The translations under genes were made by a program, and so were the position numbers. A stretch of 64,000 nt of DNA from Octopus sinensis (taxonomy: Eukaryota): contig NC_042998.1 of assembly GCF_006345805.1 (NCBI RefSeq), positions 23,746,001 to 23,810,000 of the forward strand, written 5' to 3'. Each line of letters begins with the position of its first letter. The stretch's first letter is position 1. Below, in pieces: positions 22,935-37,258 of the stretch. A model generated the notes under the pieces. It was not told the DNA's origin. It searched no databases and saw only the letters and a list, made by a program, of their open reading frames with translations.

Positions 22935-23496
22935 ACTATAATAATGCCCTTGTGTTTTTCTCTGTCACAACATATGAATGAGAAAGGAAGGGGTGATAGA
23001 TGAATAGCTTTGTTCTGATATTAAGATTGAAAACAATTGTCCATGCTTGTAAAACATTTTGGACCTGGGTTTGCACCCCTTAAGCAAATTCTATTCCTGT
23101 ATTTATGCCTTTAAGTATTTTATATCGATGTATTGTCACAAATTTGCAGGGGAGGTTTTGAATTGATAATGTAAAGGAATAAAACTAAACACTACAATGT
23201 ATGGCATCTAATCTGCTCCTGCAGCAGTTATGCCACTCTGGTGGCTCTCTGTATTAATATATGATACTGATACTTAGACTTCAAATTCATATAAATCATG
23301 AGCAGTTAGAGATGTTGGTATTAAATGACTCTGGAACATTCTAGACCAATTTCTCAATTTCATATGAATGAAGTATGTGATATGTTTGAATATTAATGTA
23401 TAGAGCAAACACAAAGTAAGCTTTGCTTTTACTGCAGCTTTTCAGGTTGACTTTATAGAACTTAGAACATAACATTTCTCTCTCATTTACATAAAC

Positions 23497-23644
23497 CATC
23501 ATCATCATCATTGTCATCATCATCATCGTTGTCAGCATCGGTGTCATTATTATCACCATTATCAACATCATCATCGTCGTCGTTGTCATTGTCATCATCA
23601 CCATCACCACCACCATCAACATCACCACCGTCACCACTATCATC

Positions 23645-23679
<35 letters not shown>

Positions 23680-23746
23680 TATCATCATCATCAAAATCAT
23701 CATCAAAATCATCATCATCATCATCATCATCACCACCATCATCAAT

Positions 23747-23788
<42 letters not shown>

Positions 23789-23826
23789 GTCATCTTCATC
23801 GTCATCATCATCATCATCATCATCAT
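23497..23826. repeat. (ATC)n degenerate microsatellite
   Basis: Direct reading. Confidence 0.95.
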
Positions 23827-23864
23827 AACTTGAAAGAAATTGTAATTTGATGCTAATATACGGA

Positions 23865-24000
23865 TATCGAATTTTGGCACAAGGCCAGCAATTTTAGGGG
23901 AAGGTATAAGTCGATCACATCAACCCCAGTGCACAACTGGTACTTACTTTATCGACCCTGAAAGGGACGAAAGGCAAAGTCAACTTTAGCTCCTTGACAC
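23865..24000 (-). mobile_element. Family C2 3' fragment
   Basis: ttttggcacaaggccagc...tcgatcacatcaaccccagtgcacaactggtac. Confidence 0.6.
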
Positions 24001-24255
24001 TTGGGGCCCCTAGACAATAACCTTGTGTGATCCTTTGAGAGGGTATCCATGCAGAACCTATAATAATATTGAATACATTGTTAGGAATTTTTTGTAGTTT
24101 TTGTAGTTTGTGATGGAGAAGTATTTTTTCAGTGGTAAGAAAATTTGATCCACTGTAGACTTCAGCCAAAATACTGACCATCACTGTCTAAGAGAGCTGA
24201 AGAAGGAGTTGAGACTCTTGCAAGTTGTTGATGTTCTGTTAAATCCTCCTCCTCC

Positions 24256-24553
24256 TCATCATCATCGTTTAACATCCGTTTTCCATGCTAGCATGGGTTG
24301 GATGGTCCGACCGGGGAATGGGAAGCCAGGAGGCTGCACCAGGCTCCAGTCTGATCTGGCAGTGTTTCTACAGCTAGATGCCCTTCCTAATGCCAACCAC
24401 TCTGTAAGTGTAGTGGGTGCTTTTTACGTGCCACTGGCAATGAAGCCAGTCAAGGTGGCGCTGGCATCGGCCACGTACAGATGGTGCTTTGTATGTGCCA
24501 CCAGCACAAGTGCCAGGGGAGGCTGGCAACAACCACAATTGGTTGGTGCTTTT
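24256..24553 (-). mobile_element. Family B element
   Basis: (CAT)n tail, conserved 3' domain and subrepeats. Confidence 0.8.
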
Positions 24554-24555
24554 TA

Positions 24556-25030
24556 TGAAATTATTGTATACAGTGCTCAGGTGCACCACAACTTGTCAAA
24601 AGTACATATAAAGCATATGCAGTAATGTACAAATGTCTGGAAAGTGAACAGTGTATGAGTTAGATACATGCTTGCATGTGTATGGAGGGGCGAAAATCAG
24701 GTGTAGAGTTGGCAAATCTCAGGAAGCATGGAAGTTTTGAAGGATGTAGTGCCCCGACAACTAACAACTGATGCCAGCAGTTTGTTCCATGCTTCAGCAA
24801 CTCTTAGCCTGAAAAAATGTTTCTGAAAGTCATGGGAGCTGTGCTGTTTTCTGACTTTGTAAACATGTCCACGGGTGTTAGACAGGTGGAGTTTGAAAAG
24901 GTGCTCAGGGTTATTGTGTGTAAGATGGTTAATAATTTTATGGGTATCCGTCAAGTCAGCTGCCAGATGTCGGAGTTTCAATGTATCCATGCCCAGGGAA
25001 GTAAGGCGTTCAGAATATGGCAAATGCCTG
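24556..25030 (-). mobile_element. CR1-like LINE 3' fragment (family G)
   Basis: ORF 24697-25023 PYSERLTSLGMDTLKLRHLAADL...NTRGHVYKV...FFRLRVAEAWNKL (CR1-group C-terminus); 3' UTR ending gtgcacctgagcactgtatacaataatttcat. Confidence 0.85.
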
Positions 25031-26802
25031 ATAGTTTGAAAATGAAGATGAAGAAAATGGTTTGATAGTCTCAGTTTATCCCTGATTATGTAACCCTATA
25101 ACGAAAGCAGTCCAACCATGACCATCTCATCAGTTTGCTTTTCTGTGAGCATAAACCTGTTTAGCACATTATCCAATGTAATCTTAGTAATTGTCTTTCT
25201 TTAAGACACCAAAGTGTGATTTGAGGGAAATTTATTTCCTGTTTCTAGCGGGTTGAGTGACCATGCCGAGGGTCTCTCGTTGGTCTATAGTTTAGTAATT
25301 ATTTGGTTCTCAGTAATGATAATTTTAGAATGCAAATAATGACAATAGCAAGAGAAGTGTTGGTTTTTGAAGCTAAGAAAGCAGGGAAGTTTCACCGCAG
25401 TTGGTGACATTAATAATTTTTTTCATTCCAGATTGGATAAATTTCATTATTGATTAAATGAGCATTTGTGGATTTTAGGTTACAAACTAATTTCCCTTGC
25501 TAAAGAAACCGTAGATGTTGCTACTTTAGGTTGTATGTATTTGATTTATTAAAAAGAAACAGATAAATGCTATGAAATATCCATTGTAGCCTGATTTAGT
25601 CGTGCTATTGTCTAATGGATTTTTCTCTGACTATCCGCTTTTTTCCCCCTCACTCTTTAATTTCAATACAGGAGATTAAATGAAAATATCCTATAGTTCT
25701 TAATGGGTTGTTGAGTCCACCACTAAACACTTCATTTTCATGTACATCGACTGCAAGTTCATTTATAAAGCATGGAATATTAGCAGTTTGAGATTGTCTT
25801 GTTTGAGTTGCTCTAACTTTTAATCTAAGGTTGAAATGTTGTGTACTTAGGTAAGTGAACCTATTAATAATAATTTCTATCTCAAAGAAAAAAAAAAAAT
25901 CAATACAAAAATCTGACATCTAAAGCCCATGCTTATCTATTTAGAAAATAATCTATTCATGTATTTTATTTAAATCTTGTGAATTGGAGTGTATTGAATG
26001 TTTAAGGAATTGTATCAAAGATCCTTTCATCTTTTTATGAAACCATAGCTTAAAATACATCTTGCTAGTTATTAAATTGACACAGATGCCAAGTAAGTAC
26101 TATGCATAATATTCACAAGTGAATATATATCCAAAACGCTTGTGCAATATTTTCTATTGATGTAATTCTTTTTAATTTTTGCCTTCCCAGTACAAAGTGA
26201 AAACCATTAATAGCTTACAAAACATTTTAATTAAAACACTTATTGTTATCATTTAAGGGAATTGTCTAACTGGAATTACGGTAGAATTCCTCAGTGACAT
26301 CTTAGTCAACAATGAAGAGGTAATTATGCCTTTGGAGTGAATGAGATAATGATTTTCTATGATATACCAGGATATCATAATTAATAAAATATAATAATTA
26401 ATGGATGCATTATGATTAATGAGGTGTATTAATATTAGAATAGCATATTGTAATAAATGGAATCTCATAAGCATGAAAGCCCTGTTTACCTCTTTGAATG
26501 CAAATAATATTAGTTCAATGAAAATATTCCTGTATTCTTTTTGCAAGAATTCAATATCTTTATAAATGTCACAAACCATTAGTGCTTGCATATATTATTA
26601 TTCAGTAGGCCGTTTAATCCCAAGAATATGGCTTATATGTATGGTTTTTCCAGCTACGACATTTTTTTGTAATTATTATTTTATTTTTTTTAATGGATAC
26701 AATGCTTCATTCTTCCAATAATTTGATCATAGCGGATAGTGGTGAGTGGAGAGCTTTTGGAGTTGTTGAGCTGTTGTCAAGTGGATGGTGGTGGGGTTAA
26801 AT

Positions 26803-27150
26803 CATCATCATCATCATCATCGTTTAACGTCCGCTTTCCAAGCTAGCATGGGTTGGACAGTTTGACTGTGGGCTGGCGAACCAGATGGCTGCACCAGGCT
26901 CCAGTCTTGATCTAGCAGAGTTTCTACAGCTGGATGCCCTTCCTAACACCAATAAATAAATAAATGCAAAAATAATAACACATATACCCCCACTCACACA
27001 TACAGAAGCTTCTTGCAGTTTCCGTCTACCAAAATTCACTCACAAGGCTTTGGTTGTGCCCCAACCCCCAGGCACTTACTAAAGGTACCCTGCAGTGGGA
27101 CTGAACCTAGAACCATGTGATTGGGAAGCAAACGTCTAACCACACAGTGA
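26803..27150 (-). mobile_element. Chimeric SINE: family A head plus family B tail
   Basis: (CAT)n cgtttaacgtccgc...gatgcccttcc, then cttgcagtttccgtctacc...gtgggactgaacc. Confidence 0.65.
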
Positions 27151-27159
27151 CATCTGTAC

Positions 27160-27670
27160 CTGTGTGTGTGTGTGTGTATATATATATTCATGTGTGTTTG
27201 TGCATGTGTGTGTGCGCGTGCATCTGTGTATGTATATATATCATGTGTGTGTGCACGTGTGTGTTTGTGCAAGTGTGCAAGTGCACGTGTGCATGTGTGT
27301 GTGTGTGTGTGGGGTGTATATATATTCATGTGTGTGTGTATGTGTGTTTGTGCGTGTGTGTATGTGTGTTTGTGCGTGTGTGTATGTATGTGTATGTATG
27401 TGTATGTGTGTGTATGTGTGTTTGTGCATGTGTGTATGTGTATGTATGTGTGTGTGGGGGGTGTATATATATTCATGTGTATGTGTGTGTATGTGTGTTT
27501 GTGCACATGTGTATGTGTATGTATGTGTATGTGTGTGTATGTGTGTGTATGTGTGTTTGTGCATGTGTATATGTGTATGTGTGTGTATGTGTGTTTGTGC
27601 ACGTGTGTATGTGTGTGTGTACATGTGCATATGTGCATGTGTGTGTGTGTGTGTCTGTGTGTGTGTGTGT
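27160..27670. repeat. (TG)n/(TGTA)n compound microsatellite
   Basis: Direct reading. Confidence 0.95.
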
Positions 27671-27732
27671 AAATGTTTGAGAAGCATTTTATATGAAACT
27701 AATTTCACCATGACCATCCTGTCTTTTTTTCA

Positions 27733-28047
27733 GGTGGCGCATAAAAAGCACCATCTGAATGTGGCTGATGCCAGTGCCACCCCTTGACTGGCTTCCATGC
27801 CAGTGGCACGTAAAAAGCACCAACCGATCATGGCTGTTGCCAGCCTCGCCTGGCACCTGTGCCGGTGGCATGTAAAAAGCACCCACTACACTCGCAAGGT
27901 GGTTGGCGTTAGGAAGGGCATCCAGCTGTAGAAACCCTGCCAAATCAGACTGGAGCCTGGTGCAGCCTTCTGGCTTCCGAGACCCCGGTCGAACCATCCA
28001 ACCCATGCTAGCATGGAAAGCGGACGTTAAACGATGATGATGATGAT
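27733..28047 (+). mobile_element. Family B element
   Basis: Subrepeats, conserved tail and (GAT)n. Confidence 0.85.
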
Positions 28048-28749
28048 CTAGGATCACATTCTTCAATGTTTAATTATCTTTATTAAAAGACGATGGTGTA
28101 TGATTATGGGGACGATTTTGTTGCCATTTCTAACTGGTCAAGCAACCACATAGATGTTCTCTTGTTGGCTCCTGTGGTTATGCAGTTTTTGATAATGATG
28201 TATTATTTATACAGCAACATGTTTCCCACACAAATGAGACTGGAGACAAGCTTTTTTAGATCTGCTACAATTCTTAACTAATGCAGCATTATGGAGAAAA
28301 CAGTGCTAATGATGGGAGCATTTAAACTGGTCATATGGGGCCCAAATACTCTACATATTTTAGGTTCAAATTGGCCATATCCAGCCTCTAACATTTAATC
28401 TTTTAATTTTATCCTTTCATTCTTCTTCTTTCATTCAGTGTCTGCTTTTGATGATGGCATGGTTTATACTAGAACTGGTAAACTAGAAAGCTGTATCAGG
28501 TTCCAATCTGATTTGGAATGGTTTCTATGGCTGGATGCACTTCTTAACACCAACCACTCCAAGAGTGTAGTGGGTGCCTTTTACATGTCATTGGCACCAG
28601 CCACGACTACGATTTAATTTGGTTTTATGAGTTTTCAAGCACAAAAGGTTTCGATAACTTGTCATCCATGAGATCCAACAGTCAAAAATCATACTTCACC
28701 ACTTTGTCCCATGTCTTCCTGGGTTTGCCTCTTCCACAGGTCCCCTCCA

Positions 28750-29299
28750 TAAGCAATCATATCATTCAAATCTCAAATCTACAAGATAATGCAAGATTAA
28801 CTGAAAACAATGTGAATGATTGTATATTGTCAATCTAATGTGACAGTAGGGGATTACAGCACCACTGTTTAGCCCTAGGAAGCATCGACGCTTCCTGATG
28901 GCTTCGACACATTTTTTCCTGTATCCTTATATATTTACGAAGGGGAGACAAACACCCCCAGCAGCCAGGCCTGCATCTAGAGACACACATGTTTCAGGAT
29001 CTTTGTCCATTATTGGTCTAGAGTAGCAGAAGCCCGCCAGCCGCAGATATCTGTCCCGACTTCGTAAATATATAAGGACACAGGAAAAAATGTGTTGAAG
29101 CCATCAAGAAGCATCGATGCTTCCTAGGGCTAAACAGCGGTGGTGTAATCCCCTACTGTCACGTTAAATTGACAGTATACAACCATTCTATCGCCCCACC
29201 ACCGTACATATCTCTATGAGATATTTAGAAATTTAATATTTCTGAATGTGAATGAATAAACCTTACAATTGATGGAGTAATCTGAATGCTAAAGGGTTA
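28750..29299. mobile_element. Remnant of the 3731-type piggyBac MITE (reverse), split by a foldback insertion
   Basis: agataatgcaagattaactgaaaacaatgtgaat and aatgtgaatgaataaacc...gctaaagggTTAA match the reverse complement of 3731-3810. Confidence 0.6.
28814..29188. repeat. Foldback element: ~125-bp inverted arms around a ~117-bp spacer
   Basis: 28814-28942 is the reverse complement of 29060-29188 with about 10 mismatches, mostly transitions. Confidence 0.9.
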
Positions 29300-31611
29300 A
29301 TGTTTCAAATAAAGAGGGGTCGGTTGATTGAACATGATTTAATGTTAACTTTTTTAAAAACTTTCTGTGCATGTTACACATTTATGTGAAATAAGGATGT
29401 AGTCCATTGAATCATCACCATCATCATCATCATCGTTTAATGTCCGTTTTCCATACTAGCATGGGTTGGACGGTTCTACCAGCCAGAAGGCTGCACTAGG
29501 CTCCAATATGATCTGGCAGTGTTTCTACAGCTTGATGCTCTTCCTAATGCCAACCACTCCTGGTGCTTTTTTTGTGCCACTGGCACAGGGATCACAACTA
29601 CAATTTTCATTGATTTTTGATGTTAGCCCTAGGCTGGCTCTGATTAAACAAACTAGGATTGAAACCATTCCAGCAATGACAATCTGCTATAATTTTACTT
29701 GTCTCAAATGTTTGAGGATAAGTGTAAGGGAAAATATTAGGGCAATGCAGTTTTTACGATGAAACTTCTATAATTTAGTAACAGAGTAAGATAAAGCTGG
29801 AAAGAAGATGCTATTTCTATGAATAGACAAAGTGGTTCTCTTTAAAAAGAATTTTGCCTTTTGGTCCTAGATTTACAAATTACTTTTACTGTTTGACATG
29901 AATAGTTTCTGTCACATTTGTTATATTTTTCTCATAACTTTGATGAATTTAAATGTCTTTTGTAAAATAAAATTGTGTTTATCATTGGAGAAAGAATAAA
30001 CTTTCTATGAAGAGCTGGTCAATGCATCTTTACAAGTTTGGAATCTACAAAGCAAACCTTCGAATATATGTAAGTTTAAGAATTTATTTAACCTATAACC
30101 TAAAATGATAAACTTGGCTCTTTATCTATTCAGCTGTGGAAAATAATATTTTACAACCACTTTGCATAGAATTTTATACAGAAATAAAAATCTCTTCTTG
30201 TATACATAATGTATTTTATTTCTAGTTGGTCGAGGCTCCCTTGTTGGCTTACGGTTTTTGTACAATGTTAGAATAAGTGATAATCAGTAAAAATACTTGG
30301 AAGGATTCTACCAGAAATAAAAGCATACAGTTTCAATGAGTTGTATAGGAGAAAGGTCATTATTAATGATTATTAATCATCAATGAGATATATAGGAGAA
30401 AGGTTATTATTAATCATAAAACACTTCGATTCAAAATGAAACCTCTGAGGAAATACATACATAATGGAGGATTTAATTGCTTCTGACAAGCAACATTGGT
30501 TCCGTGCCAAAAAATAAATATAGAAATAAAACAAATAAATTGAAAGAAAAACAAAATCGATACTTAGATCATCAAGAATATAATTCCTATGAAGAGATTT
30601 AGTTAAATATATTTTTCTATCTGTCAAGGCATCTGAAACTAAACAAATAAAAATATAACAACTAGATTAGCTAGGTTTTAGTATAAAATATCAAAGCACA
30701 TTGAGTACAGTTTTGATAAAGATGAATAAAATTACATGATATAACACAAAGGAAGCATTAAAGTATTTGATTACCATGAAATGTCTGCTATTGTTGCTTT
30801 TCAAAGAAGCTTCCTTCATTTAATGCACCAATAAGTAAAAATATTGAATATAAATTCTGAATATGATATAAGTAACTGAAAGATGCAAAAGACAAATTAA
30901 GTTAATTCATATCATGAAAGCATGCAGAAATGTAATTATTTTCCAGAGAAAAAAAATTAATAATTTCCTTTATTATCAACATAAATTAGAAGTAATCTTT
31001 TCATTTTTGATTGGAAAAAAATACATGAAAACAATTGAATCAATTATGTTTTTATCAGTACATTATTAATGTCTTGGAAAAATATAAGTATTTCATTAAT
31101 ATCCAACCTTTCTCTTTGTTTTTTTTTATACATTTAAAAAAAAAATATTTTTGAGAATATTTTATAAATTTAATTTATGTTAAACCTGTTCACATGAAAT
31201 AAATTATATATGCAGGAAGAAATGATTTAAATCTGTTTAAAATTCTATGGAGAATGATTTTAAAATATCATTTTCCTCTGTGTAAGGTAAGACACTTAGC
31301 TTATCATTTCAAGTTATGGGTTAAATACATCCTTAAACTTTCATATTTTGAAAGGATTTCTTTGCAAAATATCCAAATTTGTGAAGATGCATTCAGCTTC
31401 CCTTCATAGAAAGTGAATTCATTCTCCAAAGACAAACATGGTTTTATTTTACAGAAGACATTTTAATTCATTCAAGTTCTTTTGATAAAAAACAAACAGA
31501 AAGTAACAGAAGCTACTTATGCCTAACAACAAAAGTATTTCATAAATTTAGGATCAAAAGAAAGAAGGAATTATATTTATTTATGGAGAACTGCTATTTC
31601 TGTTCATAGAA

Positions 31612-31905
31612 ACTCGTGGCCGATGCCAGCACCGCCTCGACTGGCTTCCGTGCCGGTGGCACATAAAATACACCAATCTGACCGTGGCCGTTGCCAGCCC
31701 CGCCTGGCACCTGTGCAGGTGGCACGTAAAAAGCACCCACTACACTCACGGAGTGGTTGGCGTTAGGAAGGCATCCAGCTGTAGAAACATTGCCAAATTA
31801 GACTGGAGCCTGGTGCAGCCTTCTGGCTTCCCAGAACCCCGGTCGAACCGTCCAACCCATGCTAGCATGGAGAACGGACGTTAAACGACGATGATGATGA
31901 TGATG
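31612..31905 (+). mobile_element. Family B element
   Basis: Subrepeats, tail and (GAT)n. Confidence 0.85.
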
Positions 31906-32391
31906 AGAAATAGCATCTTCTTTCCAACCTGATCTTATGCTGTTGCAAAACTGTTGAAGCTTCATTGTTACAACCATATTCTTCAGATAGTTTCTCTTAA
32001 CTCTAAAGATTTTGCTTATCAGAATATATTATCTGATGAAACAGTTATAATAGCCATTTAAAACATGCATATACAGTTATAATCACTTTTGCTGTATTCT
32101 GTGATATTGTAAACAGGTAGTTCTTGCTTTCCATGTCTCTGATTAATGAGTTTATGACTTAAAAGAGAATTTTCTGCGACAGAAATAAAAATAAAAAGCA
32201 AACTATTTTTTTAATAATTTTAAAAAAACATTTGCATGTTATTCAATACAAGCTGCTCAAAATCAGAGTTTGAAGTGATGAATATGTTTGTCAGCTGAGC
32301 CAAAGTTTGGCAACACTAGCAATCTCCAACCTCTTTTGCTCTGGACAATTGTACTAGTTTTAGTTTAGTGTGTCATTGAGTGAACATTAAT

Positions 32392-32730
32392 TTCATCATC
32401 ATTATCATCATCATCATCATCGTTTAATATCCGTTTTCCATGCTAGCATGGGTTGGACAGTTCAACTGGGGGCTGGAAAACCAGGAGGCTGCACCAGGCT
32501 CCAGTCTGATATAGCAGTATTTCTACAGCTGGATGCCCTTCCTAACGCCAACCACTCCATGAATGTGGTGGGTGCTTTTTACGTGCCACTGACACAGAGG
32601 CCAGAGGAGGCTGGCAAACGGCCACGATTGGTTGGCGCTTTTTATGTGTCACTGACATGGACACCAGTCAGGCAGCACTGGCATCAGCCACGTTCGGATG
32701 GTGCTTTTTATGTGCCACCAGCACAGGTGT
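32392..32730 (-). mobile_element. Family B element
   Basis: (CAT)n, tail and subrepeats. Confidence 0.85.
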
Positions 32731-33019
32731 CATAATTACAATTTCTATTTGATTTCTATTTTGATGTTGATGTTGATGTACTTGACTCAATAGGTCTCCT
32801 CAAGCACAGTGGGTCACTCTACAATCCAAGGTTAGCACAGACAGCAGGCCATCCTGCGAGCTATGGACTCACTTCATTTGTCGAGTCTTCACAGTCTGCC
32901 ATAAGAAAATACAACCTGCTTTATGAGTTCTCAATCAATGAGCAATACTTAGGAATAAATTAACCTGTAAGACTGAGAACTGTAAGTAGTATAAACATCA
33001 CTGAGATGCACTGGAACAG

Positions 33020-33715
33020 AGTGTCATGGCTTAATGGTTAGGGTAATAGGCTTACAACCGAAAGATCATGAGTTCAATTCCTGGTGGCACATTGTGTCCT
33101 TGAGCAAGACACATTACTTCCTGTTGCTCCAGTCCACTAAGCTGGGTAAAATGACTAGTACCTATATTTCAAAGGGCCAACTTTGTCACATTCTTATTTC
33201 TTTATTGCCCACAAGGGGCTAAACATAGAGGGGACAAACAAGGACAGACAAAAGGATTAAGTTGATTACATCGACTCCAGTGCGTAACTGGTACTTAATT
33301 TATCGACCCCCAAAAGGATGAAAGGCAAAGTCAACCTCGGTGTAATTTGAACTCAGAACGTATCGACAGACAAAATACCTATTTCTTTACTACCTACAAG
33401 GGGCTAAACACAGAGGGGACAAACAAGGACAGACAAACGGATTAAGTCGATTATATCGACCCCAGTGCGTAACTGGTACTTATTTAATCGACCCCGAAAG
33501 GATGAAAGGCAAAGTCGACTTCAGCGGAATTTGAACTCAGAACGTAACGGCAGACTAAATACCGCTAAGCATTTCGCCTGGCATGCTAATGTTTCTCCCA
33601 TCTTGTCACATTCTGTGTCACGCTAAATCTCCCTGAGAACTACATTAAGCATACACATGTCTGTGGAGTGCTCAGCCACTTGCTTGTTAATTTCATGAGA
33701 AATCTCTTCCATATC
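33020..33715 (+). mobile_element. Family D SINE interrupted by a family C dimer
   Basis: Head tggcttaatggttaggg...gagttcaattcc; CORE-like gtgtccttgagcaagacac; the body resumes after the TSD. Confidence 0.8.
33195..33602 (-). mobile_element. Family C SINE head-to-tail dimer with 12-bp TSD
   Basis: ttgtcacattct at 33183-33194 and 33603-33614; junction gacaaaatac|ctatttctttac is equivalent to that of the 8041 dimer. Confidence 0.9.
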
Positions 33716-35157
33716 AGACTATAATGCAAATGTGTTTATTACAGAATATGTGTGTTTTGATTATTATCATAATGTCATTGCTTTAGTTTCCTTACGTGAT
33801 CTTAGATGAAGTCACTTGTAAAACATGTAAAACTTCAGAAATACATATTATATCAAGTATTTAATATTGTTTTCAAACCTTTCATGGTTTAATGTAGCTA
33901 TTGAAGTTTTTCTGATGATTATCTTGGAAAACTAATTTCTAAAACAGCTGCTTTACATCTTCCTCTCATTCAGAATGACTTGAAGTAAAAATTTAAAGAT
34001 TAACATTGAACTATAGTGACTAATGTTGTACCTTTTCAAAAGCTTTACATTTAGTGAAGAAATGTAGAAAAATCAAGTACAAAATTGATTCAGCTGGAAA
34101 ATTAATATGAAGCTAATTCTATTTAAAGGATCAAAGTTTAGTCATTCATTGGTGCCTTTCTACAGTTTATTATACACGTAGATGTCTGCCACGTAGATAA
34201 AACAAATGAAAAATGAACAAGGGGAAACAAGGAGATAAATTGCATATTAAGCGGAAATGTGAGAACAAAGGAGAATGGTAGAGGTGGGAGTTAATAGATG
34301 TAGAGTTTAGCAATATGAAATTGTGAATTTTTCTCTTGAGACTCTTGAATAATAATGAAGCAGTCATTAAACTTTTTTGAAGTTTTTTTTTAATTAACTT
34401 TGCCTTATAATAAATACTTTTATTCTATCAAAATTTTTTTTTATTGCTCTCCCCCCCCCCGCCCCCACCTAGCCACTGTCATTTCATTAGATCACTTTCC
34501 TCGATTCTTGTAACTTTCCTATTCCATTCCATTCCATAAGAAAACGATATGAAAAAAAAAAAAACCAACAACAAAACGAACAGACAAACAAACAAACAAA
34601 CCAACCAAAACTACTGTTCTGTTGGTTTCTAGTTTTGAGCAATTGAAGGTTATACCAAATTGCATGCGATTTTATGCAGACTGTTTTGGATATTTTCTGA
34701 AGAAAATTTATTTAGATTTATTGTAAATTTTATTCAATGAGTTAAAATAAATTCAAATGGTTTTCAATGAAACAATGTATAACATCTAATGTAATTTTAC
34801 TTTTTTTTCTTTGCTTTCTTCTTTTTCTTTTTTTTCTTTTCTTTTTCTCATCCCTATGAATATGTATGGAACAAATTATGCAATAAATGCATAATGAGAA
34901 ATTTTGTTATTCTCTTACATTAAGATGGTAACTGAAGCAAAGTTTGAAGGCAGTAACAATGGAAGCATATTTAAATGCATTATTCTCTTCTTGTACATTC
35001 TCACATATCCTGATATTGATATCTGAGGCCATTACAACTTGCTTTTTGTTTTGTTTTGTCTGTTTTTTGTTGCTGTTTTAGTTTTCTCCGCAGAGTTACA
35101 TTGTAACAGAAATACATTTATTTCCACAGACTTTCTCCTACGCAGATCCTTAGTCAT

Positions 35158-35163
35158 GTACAT

Positions 35164-35201
<38 letters not shown>

Positions 35202-35575
35202 GCACACACAGACACACACATACGTAAGCACACACACACATGCACACAACCACATGCACATACACACACACACACACAAGCACACACACACACACTCAAG
35301 CACACACACATGCACACATACACAAGCACACACACACACATGCACACACACACATACACAAGCACACACACACACACACACACGCAAGCACACACACATG
35401 CACACACACACACACGCACACACACACACACATACACACACATGTTACACACATTCACAGCTACACATTTGCATGCACCTTTGATGCATATTCAAATATG
35501 TTTAAATGTGATGAAATCAAACTTTGCATATTAGTGCACATTTTCATCTTACACACACACACACACACATACACA

Positions 35576-35627
<52 letters not shown>
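35158..35627. repeat. (CA)n compound microsatellites
   Basis: Direct reading. Confidence 0.95.
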
Positions 35628-35629
<2 letters not shown>

Positions 35630-36804
35630 ATCATCCAGCATATCTTCAGCCTTTTATCATCCTTTTTAAAATGTAACTAACATTTAAGAACAAACTCATA
35701 CATACATTATAAAGATACACAAATCATCTATATTTTTAATGTGTGCACACTTAATTTACTTGTTAAGAGATTCCTTTTGAATATCATATTTTCAATAGAC
35801 TTATATGATTACATATTTCATAAAGTGGGAATAAGAATTAAATATTCACCGGAGATTATTACCATTAACTCATAGAATTTTTCCTTTTATTTTTTTTTTC
35901 AAAAAACTTTTCTCTTTATTCATAAAGAATTCTTTTATGGCTCCATTATTTCTGCCTATTAGAACTGTCAACTAGCCATTTTTAATTTTATTTTTATTTG
36001 CAGTATTCATAGGATGAAGCAGTTTTATTTGCTGTTCCAAATTAGAAGGGATGATTTTCTGCTATGATAAATGAGAAAATCAAATAGAAGTTGGTAAAGC
36101 AGCAGTTTCTTTGTTTTTGTTTTTGTTTCTTTTTCTTCTTTCTTTCGAAAAACGAATTTCATACCATTTTTCACATTCACAAATGCAGTCACATCATATC
36201 AGAAAATTTTCCTCTTTTAATCATTTTCTGTTTTAAATTTAAAGTTTAAATTCATTTAAATACAAAGTGTTTGCAAAAATGATATTTTTTCCACGACTGA
36301 GATTGGTGCATTTTATTGTCTTGTTGTTGTTGTTGTTGTTGTTATTTTGATTTATTGCTTATTTTAACTACTCTAAAGAAGGAGTACAATATTTGTCATC
36401 CAAATGGTGCTACATACAGCATTTTCAGAATGCTGTCAGTCTATTTGTCCACAAAACCTAAATCTGCTTTTTCCCATTTTTAAAAATTATTATAACAGTA
36501 TATTGGTTAAGATAATAATCATCTTGGAAAATTTATTGCAAGTTATATGGGGAAAATTTTATCTTTTATCTTAACACAGACACAAAGGCACACATGCACA
36601 CACACACACACACACATACACACACACACACACATGCACACACACACATGCACACACATACACGCATTTGATGGGCTTCTTTCAGGTTTCTGTCTACCAA
36701 ACTTTGGTCGGTTCAGAATTATATTAGAAGACAGACAGACACTTGCCTAAAATGCCACACAGTGGGACTGAACCTGGAACACTGTAGTTGAGAAGCAAAC
36801 TTCT

Positions 36805-37258
<454 letters not shown>

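Noticed and set aside
29990-30290. Plus-strand exon pair suggested by at|gtaagt (30069) and tttctag| (30224)
   Set aside because: All frame combinations stop within about 20 codons, there is no good upstream acceptor, and no protein is recognisable.
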